A stretch of DNA of 64,000 nucleotides. Origin: Octopus vulgaris (lineage: Eukaryota). Below are positions 14,087 to 28,706 of this stretch, piece by piece (position 1 is the first letter of the stretch; each line of letters opens with the position of its first letter). Location: NCBI GenBank assembly GCA_951406725.2, contig OX597817.1:4588001-4652000 (forward strand). Reading direction: 5' to 3'. The position numbers were made by a program, and so were the translations under genes. The notes under the pieces are model-generated. The model did no database searches, was not told the DNA's origin, and saw nothing but the letters and a program-made list of their open reading frames with translations.

Positions 14087-14490
14087 CACAGGAGTGGCTG
14101 TGTGATAAGTAGCTTGCTTACCAGCCACATGGTTCCGTTTTCAGTCCCACTACGTGGCATCTTGGGCAAGTGTCTTCTGCTATAGCCCCGGGCCGACCAA
14201 TGCCTTGTGAGTGGATTTCATAGACAGAAACTGAAAGAAGCCTGTCGTATATATGTATATATATGTGTATGTATGTGTGTGTATATGTTTGTGTGTCTGT
14301 GTTTGTCCCCCTAGCATTGCTTGACAACCGATGCTGGTGTGTTTACGTCGCCGTCACTTAGCGGTTCGGCAAAAGAGACTGATAGAATAAGTACTGGGCT
14401 TACAAAGAATAAGTCCCGGGGTTGATTTGCTCGACTAAAGGCGGTGCTCCAGCATGGCCACAGTCAAATGACTGAACAAGTAAAAAGGAG
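14087..14490 (+). mobile_element. SINE family A, near full length
   Basis: tRNA-like head, internal TA/TG microsatellite and conserved tail; multiple copies in the window. Confidence 0.9.
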
Positions 14491-15168
14491 AAAAAAAGAA
14501 AAAGAGGAATCTTTATAGTGGCTGATACTAGAACATACTTAATGTTCAGAGATGAGTCGTACGTTGATTTAACTAGGGATAATCTGGGGCTAAACAACAT
14601 GCATGTCAGAAGGCCAGATATACGTGGATTAAATCATTCAAACAACGTAGAACTGAGAAGACATTTCTTCTGACAATCTGTCAATTGTTTACAGCTAGAG
14701 TAGAAAGCCAATATGTGCTTTTCTCTTGAATAGACGAGATCTTTCGTTTTACGTGGCAGAGCCTAACAATGTGTTCAAAAAGGAATGTAGATGAAATGAG
14801 ATATGGCGCTTAAATTGTGATTTATATTAAGAGAACGTAATTCTGAGTCATTAGGAGATGGTTGATTCTTATTCTGATGTATCAATTACCAAGGTAACTA
14901 GTATACATAGACATTTTTGCTTAGCTGCATGTATGTCTCATAAAATCATATCAGTTCTCACAATTGGTTAGGACTTAAACCATTCTGTGTTACCCGATCC
15001 ACAGTACTTTAAAGTAGATGTGATATTTCCTGACTTGCATTATTGACTTCAAGTTCGTCCGTATCAAATATTTTATGTTGGTATTTCATGCATCTTCTGT
15101 ATGCATGCAAAATAATTACAGCAGAACGCACCCCCACAATCTGTTACACTAATTCTAACTAGGTATTT

Positions 15169-15540
15169 TTATATTTCGGAATGGTCATCTTGCCAGTTTA
15201 GCCAATAAAAACACACGCACTATATATTTGGAGTTATTTTGCTTCAGTGTTATTTATTTTTTACATTAATCTTAATCTTATTTCGGCCAGAGTTCTTTCG
15301 TCACACTCCTGTGACCGCATCAGTGGTACTTTGTTTTCTTCTTTCTTATTTGTGTCTCTCCTTACTAACCGTCAGCCATTTTGGACGAAATAAGATTAAG
15401 ATTAATGTAAAAAATAAATAACACTGGAGCAAAATAACACCAAATATATAGTGCGTGTGTCTTTATTGGCTAAACTGGCAAAATGACCATTCCGAAATAT
15501 AACAATATCTGTTTCAACACACGACTTCACATAAAAAATC
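15169..15540. repeat. Fold-back element: 121-bp inverted arms around an HHR-like spacer
   Basis: 15169-15289 is the reverse complement of 15382-15502 with few mismatches. Confidence 0.9.
15285..15328 (-). ncRNA. Hammerhead-like motif with non-canonical core
   Basis: CTGATGCG-GTCACA ggag TGTGAC-GAAA-GAACTC-T: perfect 6-bp stem II; cleavage site and stem I are degenerate. Confidence 0.4.
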
Positions 15541-16380
15541 TTACACAACAAATATTTAAACGTACTAACTAGGTATTTGTTCTGAGTATAAAACATAACG
15601 CACTGTATCCTTCCTTTTCAACAACCACTTTAAAAGAGCCTGTTAAAACGTATATTGAGCTGCCAGTCATTCCCCAATTTATCCATAAAACACAAAAAGC
15701 ATAAGTTCATTTGATTACGGTGAATTCTAAAGGAAATTAAGTATTTAGTTAATAAAATATTACTGAACTATAGAGTTAACGGATTCACCCTGTTATATAA
15801 TCATTACTACTACAATAAATGCCGGAATGATGAGTCCACTGAGATTGAAAGACGAGCATAAATGCATCTAAATCCAGCAATGCATTTAGTCCGCAATTTA
15901 CCATTAAAATTGTAATATTGTCATAAGCATTATGTTTCCTCATTGAATTCTATCACAAAGGTAAAAGAGACCTTAACTTCAAACTCTGCAAACAAAGGCA
16001 CGGGAAAGTGAAATGTTCCATTACTAAAAACGACAGGATTTTGTGGACGTTACAAGCATCTCGTATATAGTGTCTAACATAAATTCGAAAAACTGAACTG
16101 ATACATAGCTTACCGGAACAAACATCTCACTTCTCATAAGCATAGCAATGATAATAATGAAACCGATTAAAAATTATTCAAATACTGACAGTGTCTTCCA
16201 CTAATATATGTAAAACTATATTTTGACGAGATTTGGACATAAAACATAAAAGACCTAGCTAAATGTTCTATCATGTTTTCTAGCCTCCTATTTTTATGAA
16301 GACTGCCATGAAAATAATAAAGTTCATGATGATGATGATGATGATGAAGACCATGGTGATAATAACGATAAAAATAATAA

Positions 16381-16713
16381 ACCTTTCTACTATAAGTACA
16401 AGGCCTGAAATTTGGAGGAAGGGGACTTGTCGATTACATCAACTCCAGTACTTGACTGGTACTTAATTCATCGACCCCGAAATGATGAAAGGCAAAATCG
16501 AACTCGGCAGAATTTGACATCAGAACACGAAGACGGAATAAATGCCGTTAAGTATTCGCCCAGCGTGCTAACGATTCTGCCAGTTCTTCTCGACCCCGAA
16601 AGCATGAAAGGCACATCGACCTCGGTGGAATTTGAACTCAGAACGTAAAAATGGGCGAAATACCGCAAATCCTTTTGCCTGACGTGCTAACGATTCTGCC
16701 AGATTACCGCCTT
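16381..16713 (-). mobile_element. SINE family C with a tandemly duplicated head
   Basis: cgaccccgaaa...gtgctaacgattctgccag occurs twice (about 16472-16583 and 16591-16703). Related diverged copies lie near 37660-37825 and 40515-40690. Confidence 0.8.
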
Positions 16714-16715
16714 AA

Positions 16716-16718
<3 letters not shown>

Positions 16719-16780
<62 letters not shown>

Positions 16781-16969
16781 TAAGTAGTAGTAGTAGTAGT
16801 AGTAGCAGCAGCAACAGTAGTAGTAGTAGCAGCAGCAGTAGTAGTAGTAGCAGCAGCAGTAGTAGTAGTAGTGGTGGTAGTGGTGGTAGTAGCAGCAGCA
16901 GTAGCAATAGTAGTAGTAGTAGTAGTAGTAGTAGTAGCATCAGTAGTAGTAGCAGTAGTAGCAGTAGTA

Positions 16970-17037
<68 letters not shown>

Positions 17038-17050
17038 ATGATGATGATGA
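16719..17050. repeat. (AGT)n/(AGC)n trinucleotide array
   Basis: Direct observation. Confidence 0.98.
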
Positions 17051-17054
17051 TTAT

Positions 17055-17345
17055 AATATGTGGTGAATACCAAATATTTCTTCAGAAACATCAGCAAAAG
17101 AGCTCTAACGATAGGAGAACATCAGAAATTGAGTCGTACTGGAAAGGATATATGGAGCTGAAGAGAAACAGTACAGCAAAATTGCTAAACTGGATAAGAA
17201 AAAAGATGGGGGAAGCCCTAACAAAACCACAGATATGGCCTACCATCACCAGTAAGGAAATAACCGACGCATTAAGGACCACTAGTAAATGGAATGTACA
17301 GTGAATGTACATAATCTCTAACTTCTGGTTAAAACACCAAATTTT
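17055..17345 (+). mobile_element. R4/Dong-type LINE internal fragment (upstream of RT)
   Basis: IESYWKG...ITSKEITDALRTTSKWN followed by ISNFWLK. Confidence 0.6.
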
Positions 17346-19269
17346 TTACTTGAAAGTGTATTTTTTTTAGGACACAATTTTATGACATGTCTACAATGGC
17401 CTAAAATACGACATGTGCTATATACTGCAGTAAGAATGATAGCTTTCATACCTCACTATACATTCCAGTTTATATGGATCATTATTGCTTCATAAGGAAG
17501 ATGTATCATAATAGATTTAGAACGCTCGAAAAAAGTTGCTGTTTCCCAAACTAACAAGATTTGCTGAAGCGTTTTGCATAGAAACAATTGATCAGTTGTA
17601 TTTTATAGCTTCAAATTGTTTAAACTACTCCCCCATTGGATTCTATTTGATAAATCTCATATAGGCATACAGGCAAAAACATATAATGACTCACAAACAT
17701 GCGTTAGCTAAACAAGCGAGAAGTATCACGTTTCTAACAACCTGTTTTACTGTGTGGAGAATTTATGAAAAATTTTAGAAGAGATTATATAGATAGAGAC
17801 ACTGACAGATACACGTGTAGCAAAATAAAATTATGTTATTCTATTTACAAATAAATGTGCATTTATCTATATATACATATGTATGTGCACATTCTTGTGC
17901 AAATATGTATCTGCGCGTGCCTGCAAGAAAGTATGCATATACGAAGAATGAGTAAAGGAGAAAGGATAAAGGAGTGAAACGCGTAGAGATTTATGCAAAA
18001 ATAGATTGCATGAAGATATCTAGGATCCAGTTATAAAAAAAATACTCCACGCCCTTCAGCCCGTTAAAATGCCATTTTGCTTGAATATGGTATCAATGTT
18101 GCCTTCAAAGGTAAATTGAGAAGACATAATTATATACAGTACGGAGACAGTGCATGGCATAGGCTTCACTTGGCTATGAATAATTTTAATCTAAGAATTT
18201 GAACCGAAGAAATTGCCTCTAACGAAAGAGACTTTTTTCTCTTCTTTTATTCGTTGTGTACGTGTTTATTTTATTGTACTTTACTTTTTTTATGTGTCAA
18301 ACGCATTTTGGTTTCTGCAGTAAGTATAGTTAACATGGTGTATTTAGTTGCGTAATAATGTCTCTGAAAACGAAAATGGCGTCTCCGTTTTCTTGCTATG
18401 ATTTTCATAGCAGTGGTAAAGATAGATGATCATATTTTGGTGAGTACAGTGAGTGTAGAATTTCAAAAAGAATTTTGATTTATTACATGTTCTGCTTCAA
18501 CAACAACTACTGCAACAACAACAACTACGACAACAGCAACAACAACAACAAACATTTGCAACAATAAGAAAAATAACAAGATGAACATTATCCGCAACCA
18601 TACCTAAGGAACATGCGGACAATAACAATATCAACTACTATTGTAACAACAGCAACAGCATCATCACTACGGCTAGAACGGTCATCCTCCTCAGCACTTG
18701 TAACAACAATATTTCTATATGAGCACCAACACCCACATCAATATCAGCAGCAATGAAAGGAATGGTATCAATAAATTTACTGCCATCACACGCACAGCTT
18801 CTCATGTACACATGTACACACGTACAAACTTGACAATATCTTGAGGCTGACAATTCTAAATATGCCACATATCATTATTATGTTAACAATAGTCATAATA
18901 TTAACCACACCTGATATAATAGAGTGTAGAGCAAATGCTTTTCAATCTTTAATTGCGTTTATGTATCCTTAAGAGTTCAAATCATGCTCGAGTCAACTTC
19001 GATATTTATTCCTCCAAAGTTAATAAAATACGTATCATTAATGCAGTCGAGTTGGTCTGTTCTCATCAAGAATGTTAACTACAGGAAGAATGAAACGCAA
19101 AAGCAAGTATGACTTTTACATACTGCAATAAATAATGAAGTATCATTCTCTAATTTCTGTTTCCTTTTTCTTTTTTTATGAAAACTGGTATCCGTCGGCG
19201 ACTGAAGTGATTACTTCAGTTGCATAAATAGAAAAACGAGAGTTGTGGATTTCGATCTGTTTCGAAATA

Positions 19270-20580
19270 TAATAATAATACTAAGCTGGGAATACTTGAA
19301 GTAGATGGAATTAAATACAACGATATGAAAGAAAAAAACAAAGAGAGTATCTGCATCGAGTGTGAAAAATATTGGTTTCAAAGCTGATTGCCAGAAACGT
19401 AATTTCGGCAATAAACTCGAGCGCAGTCGCAATAGTTCAGTATGGCGCTGCAATCCTGAAGTGGAATGAAAAAGAGCTAAAGGATTTGGACAGGAAGACG
19501 AGAAAGCGCCTAACGATGCAAGGAACTTATCATCCGAGTACAGACACTGATCGCCTATACATGAAGAGAGCAAATGGAGGAAGGGGACTGATAAGTGTGG
19601 AAGACTGCGTGCGTATGGAAATCAGGAGCTGAATGATATACCAATCCAAAAGTAAGGAAATGAAGGAGTATTGAAAGCAGAAAAAAATGAGAAAACAAAG
19701 GAAGAAGTCCAAAAAGGACATGGAAAAGCATTACGAAACAATGGGCTACACATTCAATTCCATGTAGTTGCAACTAAATTTGCTGGAGAACATAGATGGG
19801 TTTGACTGAAGAAAGGAACACTGAAAAAAAGAGACTGATAGTGCTATACTGGTAGCGCGAGTTTGGCCATAAACTGAAGGGTCAGATTTAGGAATGAACA
19901 AGTGTCTCCGCTGTGCCGCATCTGTAGTGGAATGGACGAAACCATTCTCCATATCACGAAGAGATGCTTTAAACTTGCCCTAAATCACTGTAAATTGATG
20001 TGACACGTTCATGCATTGAAAGTGCTACAATGAAAACTGTGCGAAAAGTGGGGGGCTAGAGAAAGGAAAGACGTGGTATGAGCACAAAACGCAGAGGGTG
20101 GCGGAGTTGGAGACTTGCAAAATCCTCTAGGATCTCCCAATTCTAACAGATCAGGTGTAGACTATAACAGACCGGACCTAGTGGTGGTGGACAAGATGCA
20201 CTACATGTGCTATATAGTTGAATTTGCATGCCCCTTTGACCTACGAATAGTCAGGAAGGAAGGCGGAAAATTAATAAATTTTAAGTGCGAAAAACCCCGG
20301 CTATGGAAATTGAAAGAGGTGAAGACAGTACCAGTTATTACTGGGTCCTTGGGGACAGCATCGGAATGCATCAAAAGAAATGTAAAGGAAATCTGTATAG
20401 AGTGCCCAATAGAACTGTTACAAAAGGTTTGCCTCCTTGGCACGGCAAAAATAATCAGGAAAGTAATATTTGAAAAGAACGGATAACATGGTGTCCTAGG
20501 TTTCAGGCAGGAAGCCCGCTACACATGCAAGACTCCAGGAGTTACAAGAAAACCTGAAATAAAAGAAAATAATAATAATA
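19270..20580 (+). mobile_element. R4/Dong-clade LINE, degenerate 3' part (thumb, CCHC knuckle, RLE, 3' UTR, (AAT)n tail)
   Basis: ELKDLDRKTRKRLTM...HPSTDTDRLYMKRANGGRGL; PLCRIC...ETILHI...C; RPDLVVVDK...IVEFACPFD; VPVITGSLG; LLQKVCLLGTAKIIRKV. Confidence 0.9.
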
Positions 20581-20584
20581 AATA

Positions 20585-21040
20585 TATGATGTTGTGGGAC
20601 TTGAAGAAAATATAAGATGTTGTAGGACATTGACATTCAGACGGAGAGAATACTAGAAGCTAGATGATTTGATCTAATAGTAGTTCACACAGAGAGTAGA
20701 AATGCCAGATAATTGACTTTACAATTCCAAATTATGAGAAATTGAGAATGCATTGAGCAAAGTATAGAGAAAATAACAAAGCACCACGACCTTGCCATTG
20801 AGTTACCAAGACTTGAACAGTGTGAGTACAATGTATCCCCGATGTTATAGGTGCATTAGGAACTATTGCTAAAGATTTGAACAGATGGATAGAGGAAATA
20901 GGCATAAAACCTAGTTTGTTACAGTTCCTGAAAACTGTTACTAGAGACAGCTAGAATACTTAGGAGGGTTTTTGACATTGTTGTAGCCCAATGTTAAGAA
21001 TTTTTCTTTTCGAACTATCTAATCTGTTGTGTGAATGTGA
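20585..21040 (+). mobile_element. Second RLE-LINE 3' end, terminating in a long (AAT)n
   Basis: Degenerate QIIDFTIP and VIGALGTI motifs, followed by (AAT)n at 21041-21250. Confidence 0.7.
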
Positions 21041-21171
<131 letters not shown>

Positions 21172-21194
21172 TGATAATAATCATAATAATAATC

Positions 21195-21225
<31 letters not shown>

Positions 21226-21261
21226 CAACAACAACAACGATAATAATACCTAAACAACAAC

Positions 21262-22990
21262 AAAAATCCAAATCCGTCCTCATTAGAAGAGGAATATTCC
21301 AGGGAGACACACTCTCTCGAGTCCCTTTCTGCGTGGCACTGACATGCTAAACAAAACTGGAGATGGATGCTACTGTTACAGCTAAACAATCGGCCACCTC
21401 TTATGTATGGATGATATAAAACTGTATGGTACAAATGATAACTAGCTGGAAACATCACCTTTACTACAAACATATCTTACAGCTCTTACCGCAATAATAT
21501 CGCAGAGACTGAGCAAGCATCTACAGGAAAACAACCTATTTTCAGAAGAGCAGAAGGGATGCTGCAAGGGCTCATACGGCTGTAAAGATCAGCTACTGAT
21601 CAATAAAGCCATAAACGAAGGCTACTGTAGAAAGATGGGTCTAAAAATGACCTGGAGCAATTAGCGAAAGGCTTTTGATAGTATTCCTCATGCATGGATC
21701 CTAGAAACACTAGCCATGAACAAGGGAGCACCAATAATCATAAAATATATAAAATGTTCCATGGATAAATGGCTGATAGTACTGCAGCTCCAGAGAAAAG
21801 TGAGACTTATAATAAACAAAGCCATCCCCATTAGAAGAGGAATATTCCAATGAGACACACTCTCTTCACTCATTTTCTGTTTTGCACTGACATCTTTATC
21901 TGCCATGCTAAACAGAAATGGATGTGGATACAGCTGTTACGTCAAATTAATCAGCCACCTCTTATATATGGATGATATGATCTAAAACTACACGATACAA
22001 ATGATAAACAGCTAGAAACATTACTACAGACGGGTACATGGATTTACTAAAGAAATAAACATGAAGTTCGGCTTAGAAAAATGTGCCAAAGCAACCATGG
22101 AAATAGGAAAACTAGTTAAGAGTAGCAACATCACATTGGATAAAGTAAATGAAATAAGAGAAGTAGATGAAAACCAGACACAGAAATACTTAGGAATCAA
22201 TGAACTAGATACAGTACAATACACACACATTTGAAAGAAAAGAATACTATAGGTGAGTTAGATTAATGCTGAAAACAGAGCTCACTGAGAAAAACAAGAC
22301 AACAGTTATCAACATTAGTCGTCCCAATTATAAGTTACAGCTACAATATTCTTACCTGGACTCTAAATGTACTAATCAAAATGGAAAACAAGAAAAATAA
22401 TGACAGGATTTAGGATACACCACCAAAAGTCTGACATAGAAAGGTTATATATACAACCTATGGAAGGTGGTACTGGCCTCATACAGCTAGAAAACTATTA
22501 CATAATAATCACCATCAGACTACAGAAATACTTACTTCAGAAGCAAGAAAAACTAATACAAGTAGCGACAAAGCACGAACGAGACTATGGTTTTCAGACG
22601 GATCGTCTAATGGAACACCGTCGGCCGGACATTGTCATATTGAGTATGAGAGACAAATACTCTCAGATAATTGATGTAGCCATACCAAATCAAATTAATG
22701 TTGTTAGTAAAGCGGTTGAAAGAATTACCAAGTACTCCGAGTTGAAAGTGGAATGAGAGAGGGTAATATAAGAGTGATACCAGTGGTGATCGGAGCGTCT
22801 GGCTGAATCCCATTGAAAGGTCAAGACTTCTTATAGCAACTGGAAATCCCATGCAAGATTGATGTCTAGCACAAAGCATCCTTATTGGTTACAAGGCACA
22901 TCTTAATGGAAGTACTATGTATCTGATGTCCTTGTTGTGACTTGACAGATGACTAAAAGACCCCCGTGCATTTTTACCGACACTCTGTTA
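21262..22990 (+). mobile_element. Composite degenerate R4/Dong-clade LINE RT and RLE fragments between (AAT)n arrays
   Basis: EEQKGCCKGSYGCKDQLLINK, KAFDSIPHAWI, IRRGIFQ, HLLYMDD, FGLEKC, HHQKSDIERLY and RRPDIVI...IIDVAIP. Confidence 0.9.
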
Positions 22991-23012
22991 CGAAGAAATA
23001 ATATTAATAACG

Positions 23013-23103
<91 letters not shown>

Positions 23104-23520
23104 TGATGATGATGATAATTATTATTATTCTTACCATTATTATCCATTCTTTTATTGGCCACAAGGGCTTACATAAAATTACATTAAAAGACATACACAA
23201 GACATGGAGCGACAGAGGCCCATTTGAATTCAATGAACAAAGTCTATGTGACCAAGCTAGAGCCATCAGAAAGAATGAGTGGTTATCTCCAGTTGAACAA
23301 AAAAGCATTGAGTGACGGGTGCTTAGGGATATTCTGAAGCACTGTTTACATAGTGACCAGATTGGAACATGTGTAGACACCTCTTTCTACACATTGTATT
23401 TTATTTTAAGTTAATGTATATCCATTTAAAATTTATTTGTATTAAACTATCTGGTATGTTCATATTGTGATCCAAATAAAATAAGTATCCACAATATTTT
23501 TTTCTCCTATTTCTTATAGT

Positions 23521-23570
<50 letters not shown>

Positions 23571-23571
<1 letters not shown>

Positions 23572-23984
23572 GGCGCAGGAGTTGCTGTGTGGTAAGTAGC
23601 TAGCTAACCAACCACATGGTTCCGGGTTCAGTCCCACTGCGTGGCATCTTGAGCAAGTGTCTTCTACTATAGCCCCGGGCCGACCAATGCCTTGTGAGTG
23701 GATTTGGTAGATGGAAACTGAAAGAAGCCTGTCGTATATATGTATATATATATGTGTGTGTGTGTGTGTTTCTGTGTCTGTGTTTGTCCCCCTAGCATTG
23801 CTTGACAACCGATGCTGGTGTGTTTACGTCCCCGTCACTTAGCGGTTCGGCAAAGAGACCGATAGAATAAGTACTGGGCTTACAAAGAATAAGTCCCGGG
23901 GTCGATTTGCTCGACTGAAGGCGGTGCTCCAGCATGGCCGCAGTCAAATGACTGAAACAAGTAAAAGAGTAAAAGAGAAAAAGA

Positions 23985-23985
<1 letters not shown>
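23571..23985 (+). mobile_element. SINE family A, full length, within (TA)n
   Basis: Close match to 14087-14490. Confidence 0.92.
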
Positions 23986-24048
<63 letters not shown>

Positions 24049-24892
24049 GTATATATATATACATATACACGATGCGCTTTCTGTTTTTGTGTTCCTGATC
24101 AACTCACAAGACCTCAACAAGCCCTATGATATAGCAGATGATACTTGTCCTCGGTACCACGCAGAGGTGCTGAACTCAGAAGCATGCGGTTGGATGCAAA
24201 TATCCTCTAAAATCAAGTTCTTAGTAAATAGATGAACGAATTCCATCGATCGAAACTTGGTGATTAATTGATAGCATTCCATTCTAAGGACAACGCAAGT
24301 GTATTCAGTACCACGGTATCTCAGTGATTTATCTTTCTTTTAGTCTCGTTGCATACCCAACTCACGTGTTGGTCAACGCATCCTAGCTGATGATTTTCCT
24401 ATTCAGATTATTGATGGTGATTATCATTAAGTCGAACCTGATCAGTAGTACATATGTGCCTATATCAGGAGTGACATTTCAATATTCAAATTTCCGGTTG
24501 AATATGTGAACTCGTTCGCATTGAAATGTGTTTGTTGTTTTTAACGCAAATATGCAAACAGATAGGCCGTGATTTAAAAGATTTTAGGCTACCATTTCTT
24601 GTTCTTCCAGCAATTACATAGGAGTAAGGACTTCCATTAACTCGCTACGCTAATGTGTAGGTGTAATATTTATTCTTAAGGGCTTTAATATTATTTATAA
24701 CCCTAATATGAAGATTTCAATATTGAACTTGAAGTTTAATTTTTATTATCGGCGAGTATTATTCAACATTTTCCAAAAAGTTACAGAACACATCCATGCG
24801 CACGCACAAACATATATGTGTATGTATGCATTCATTTATGTATACACATTTATATATGTTCGTATATAGGCTTTTATGCATACATACATACA

Positions 24893-24926
<34 letters not shown>

Positions 24927-24962
24927 AATAGATATATATATACATATATATACACATATATA

Positions 24963-25040
<78 letters not shown>

Positions 25041-25098
25041 TATATACACACATACATGTACATGCCTACATATATATGTATATTTATATATGCATATA

Positions 25099-25434
25099 CG
25101 GGTACAGAACCTCAATAAACGCGAACAAAATGAGAAAGAACATAAAAAACAAAAGCATGTAAGTAGAAACGTTTTTTCGAACAGCGAAACAAATAGAGAA
25201 ACGAGACAGGCAACATAAAGAACATTCTCTTCGTCAGTTGTCCCCTGTTTCATCTACTCCGCGTTTCGATAGTAGGGACAAGACGCGGTTTCATTAAAAT
25301 AGTCCCTCCCACAAAGCAAATAAAAGAAAATTTGGGATTTTTTGCGGAGGGTTAAAGTGGTAACAAAAAACAGGACAGCAAGAACAAAACGGTAAAAAGA
25401 AACGGTGATGGCTGTTAAGCCTTAACGGTGTTGA
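25099..25434 (-). mobile_element. TA-flanked non-coding insertion carrying hammerhead motifs in an unusual order
   Basis: Bounded by TA-rich tracts. Minus strand reads GAAACCGCGTC-TTGTCCC...GAAACGCGG...GGGACAA-CTGACGA. Confidence 0.45.
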
Positions 25435-25690
25435 TATATATTATATATGTATGAATAAATATATATATCCTTATATACATATGCATATATATTATATATC
25501 GTATGTTTAGAGTTTCACGTAGTTGAACATCCAATGCAAAGTTTTAAATATCCACAATGGTGAAAGATACATTGGAACAAATAATATTAAACTGCGTTTA
25601 TAATATAAGTGACATAAATTGTGTTTCTCCTACACACACACGCGCGCACACACATACACACACATTTAGACGTATGCGTGTTTGTGTGTG

Positions 25691-25763
<73 letters not shown>

Positions 25764-27439
25764 CGAGCGAGAGAGAGAGATACAAACATATATAGACACA
25801 TTATTATAATTATTATATTGGAAACGAAAACAGTCTGTCCACATACTAACACAATAATATTCAAACAAAAATGTAATACGTAATACCTTCTAAATCAAAT
25901 TTAAGAAACTACAATGTTGATATGGTATGTATGTTATCGTTAAGCGCCACTCGATTCTTATCAAGCAGACCTGTGGCCAGATGCACTCCACTGTTGACCA
26001 TTCCATCTACCTTCAAGCGTACTGGATCAAGGCATGCGTTTTCCGATGGACCCATTGTTTGTTAGAATTACTCTTTGGGATATTGTAACTGATACTTTTA
26101 GCAAAGTCTGAAATATGTATATTTTTAAATGTTATGTGTTTGGACAGAAATTATATACGTTTGCATTTACACATGTACACACAGAAATGGAATGAGTGCA
26201 TAAATGTTCTATAATATATAACAAAATAGAAAAAGAAATATGAGGTATATAACTGAAGAACTATATGCAGACAGTGTAAAGAGTATAGCAACGAAAGGTT
26301 AAATGATGAGAAGAGAGCTTGGAAGGGATGTGTAGATATGAAGTGATAAATAGAATGTGAAGAAGAGGAGAGGTGGAAGGCATAAGAGAATGTCATCGGC
26401 AGAGTAAGAGAGCAAATGAACCAAAAATAAAGACAGGGTAAAAAGAGGTAGTTGTAAAAGGATAACAGAAGATGTATGAAGACATAGAAAGAAAGAGAGA
26501 AAAAGAGAAAGATTGAAAGATTTCAGGAAAGAGCCAATGAAGTTGACGGCGAAAATTTGTAAAAGGAAGTGTAGGAGAAAATGGGAACGGAGTAAGAGGA
26601 GAAAAAATAAACAGTAAAGCAGATAGAAAGATAAAATTATAATGGAAAGAATGAACAAGGAAGATATTTTAGTACGGGAACATATACACGAGAGGAAACA
26701 ATTAGTGTTTTTGTGTCTCAGTCATATGTCAGATTCGCTAGTGAGATAATCTTTGAGTAAGAAACGAGCAATTCTGCAATATCGTTGTAATCTCTTCAGT
26801 CGACTATTTCCAAGTTGATTGATATACCCCATAGGTGCTGTTAATAAGAGTATTGTTACTTACTTACAGACACAGATGCAGACGATAGTGTTATGTATAG
26901 ACTACATAGTATTTATCTATAATATCTATCGGTTACTGTGTTTTAATTTCGGTTCATTTATCTCAACAAATACAAGAGTAATAGAAAAGAAAAATAGTGA
27001 TGGTGTTAGTGGGGTTATTGATAAAACATATGGTGATGGTAGAGATAGCCATACTAGTGATGGTGATTGTACTGGTGATGATGGTGGCTGTGGTGTTGCT
27101 GGCGCTGTTTTAGTAATGGAGTTGTTGATGGCAGTGATAGTGTTTGTTTTGTTGTTCTTACTATTATTAGCGGTGATGGGTGGAATGTTGTTAGTGAAGG
27201 CGATGATGATGATGGCTTCTTTAATGCCACAAGTTCGTCAAGGAAGAATACATTACACCTTAAGGTTTATTTAGCTGTTACAAGGATTCAACATGTATTA
27301 GATTACAAAGATTTTACAATGCAATAGAACAATAACATAAATTTAAAGCTCCAACGAAAGCAGACAATCAAAATTAATAGAAACGAGGGACTAACACACA
27401 CGCACACACACATGCACACACACACACACACACGCACAC

Positions 27440-27477
<38 letters not shown>

Positions 27478-28578
27478 ACACACACACCGCCTACTTGTAG
27501 TACAGATATAACACTATATCCATATGTGCCCATGTATAAACGTATGTATGTGCGCATATTTATGTGTGTAAGTAAGCAGAGTGTTCGGACATTTTGCATA
27601 AATGGAAAAGAAAACATAACTTCCCATCTGAAAATAAAAGTATTTTTTAAAAATCAAAAACTTTTCAGTGGACTATGGCAAGGGGAGATAACAATTTACT
27701 CAAAGTAGCCACCCTCATCTTTCACCACGGCTTCAACACCGCTACGCAATCTGGCGCATTTCTCACTGCGTCTCCAGGAAGATATTCGAACTCATCCTTC
27801 AGCTTGACCCCTCACTCAGAACTTCGCTTGCATGTAGAGCGGTTGCTTCCTTCTGCTACACGAAGCAATCCATGGATTTATATACGGTGGTAGTGATGGA
27901 GTTGGTGGTAGTAGAAGCGGTAATTAGGAGGCCAGTAATTGGTGCTGATTCTTTCTGGAAGTATTGCAAAGATTCCAATCTTGCTGCTACATATATGACC
28001 ATCCAGCAGCATCGCTCCCCACCGAGGGTTTCCCCACAGTCTTCTGAAGCCATCGTAGCTATCTGATTGGTTAAATGCGCATACCTTAGGTGTTGTTGCG
28101 GATAGTCTTCATCTCGTTATTGCATGTTGTTCTAATGATCCATACACAACACAAAAATTGCCATCAAGTAATTTCAGCCTTGGTATTTTCATTAGATATG
28201 CGTTAACGGTGTGAACTCACTACAGGGCTATTTTTGATAATTACATATATCTATGGTAACCAACATACTTTATGGTGTATTTATCTGAGCCCAGTTCAGT
28301 CCATTACCATTCTCGTTCTATGTTACATCTTTTAAGAAGAGAAAATCACCATTTTATCTCAGATTTACTTTGTGATGAAAGTATTTAGCAAACTCATTCA
28401 AAATTAACGAATTTGGGATTTTTCAATATTAATTAGGTAATGGATGATAATACTTCTATTTTAACCCTGGAAACAGATGAACAACTCACACATACGTACA
28501 TATATGTATGTGTGTGCATGTATACATATATATATATCTATATATATATATATATATATATACGTACAATATATATAG

Positions 28579-28627
<49 letters not shown>

Positions 28628-28663
28628 CGTACAATATATATAGACACATACACACACACACGT

Positions 28664-28706
<43 letters not shown>

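Noticed and set aside
27675-28066. GC-richer stretch with short ORFs on both strands
   Set aside because: No recognisable motif or consistent splice signals.
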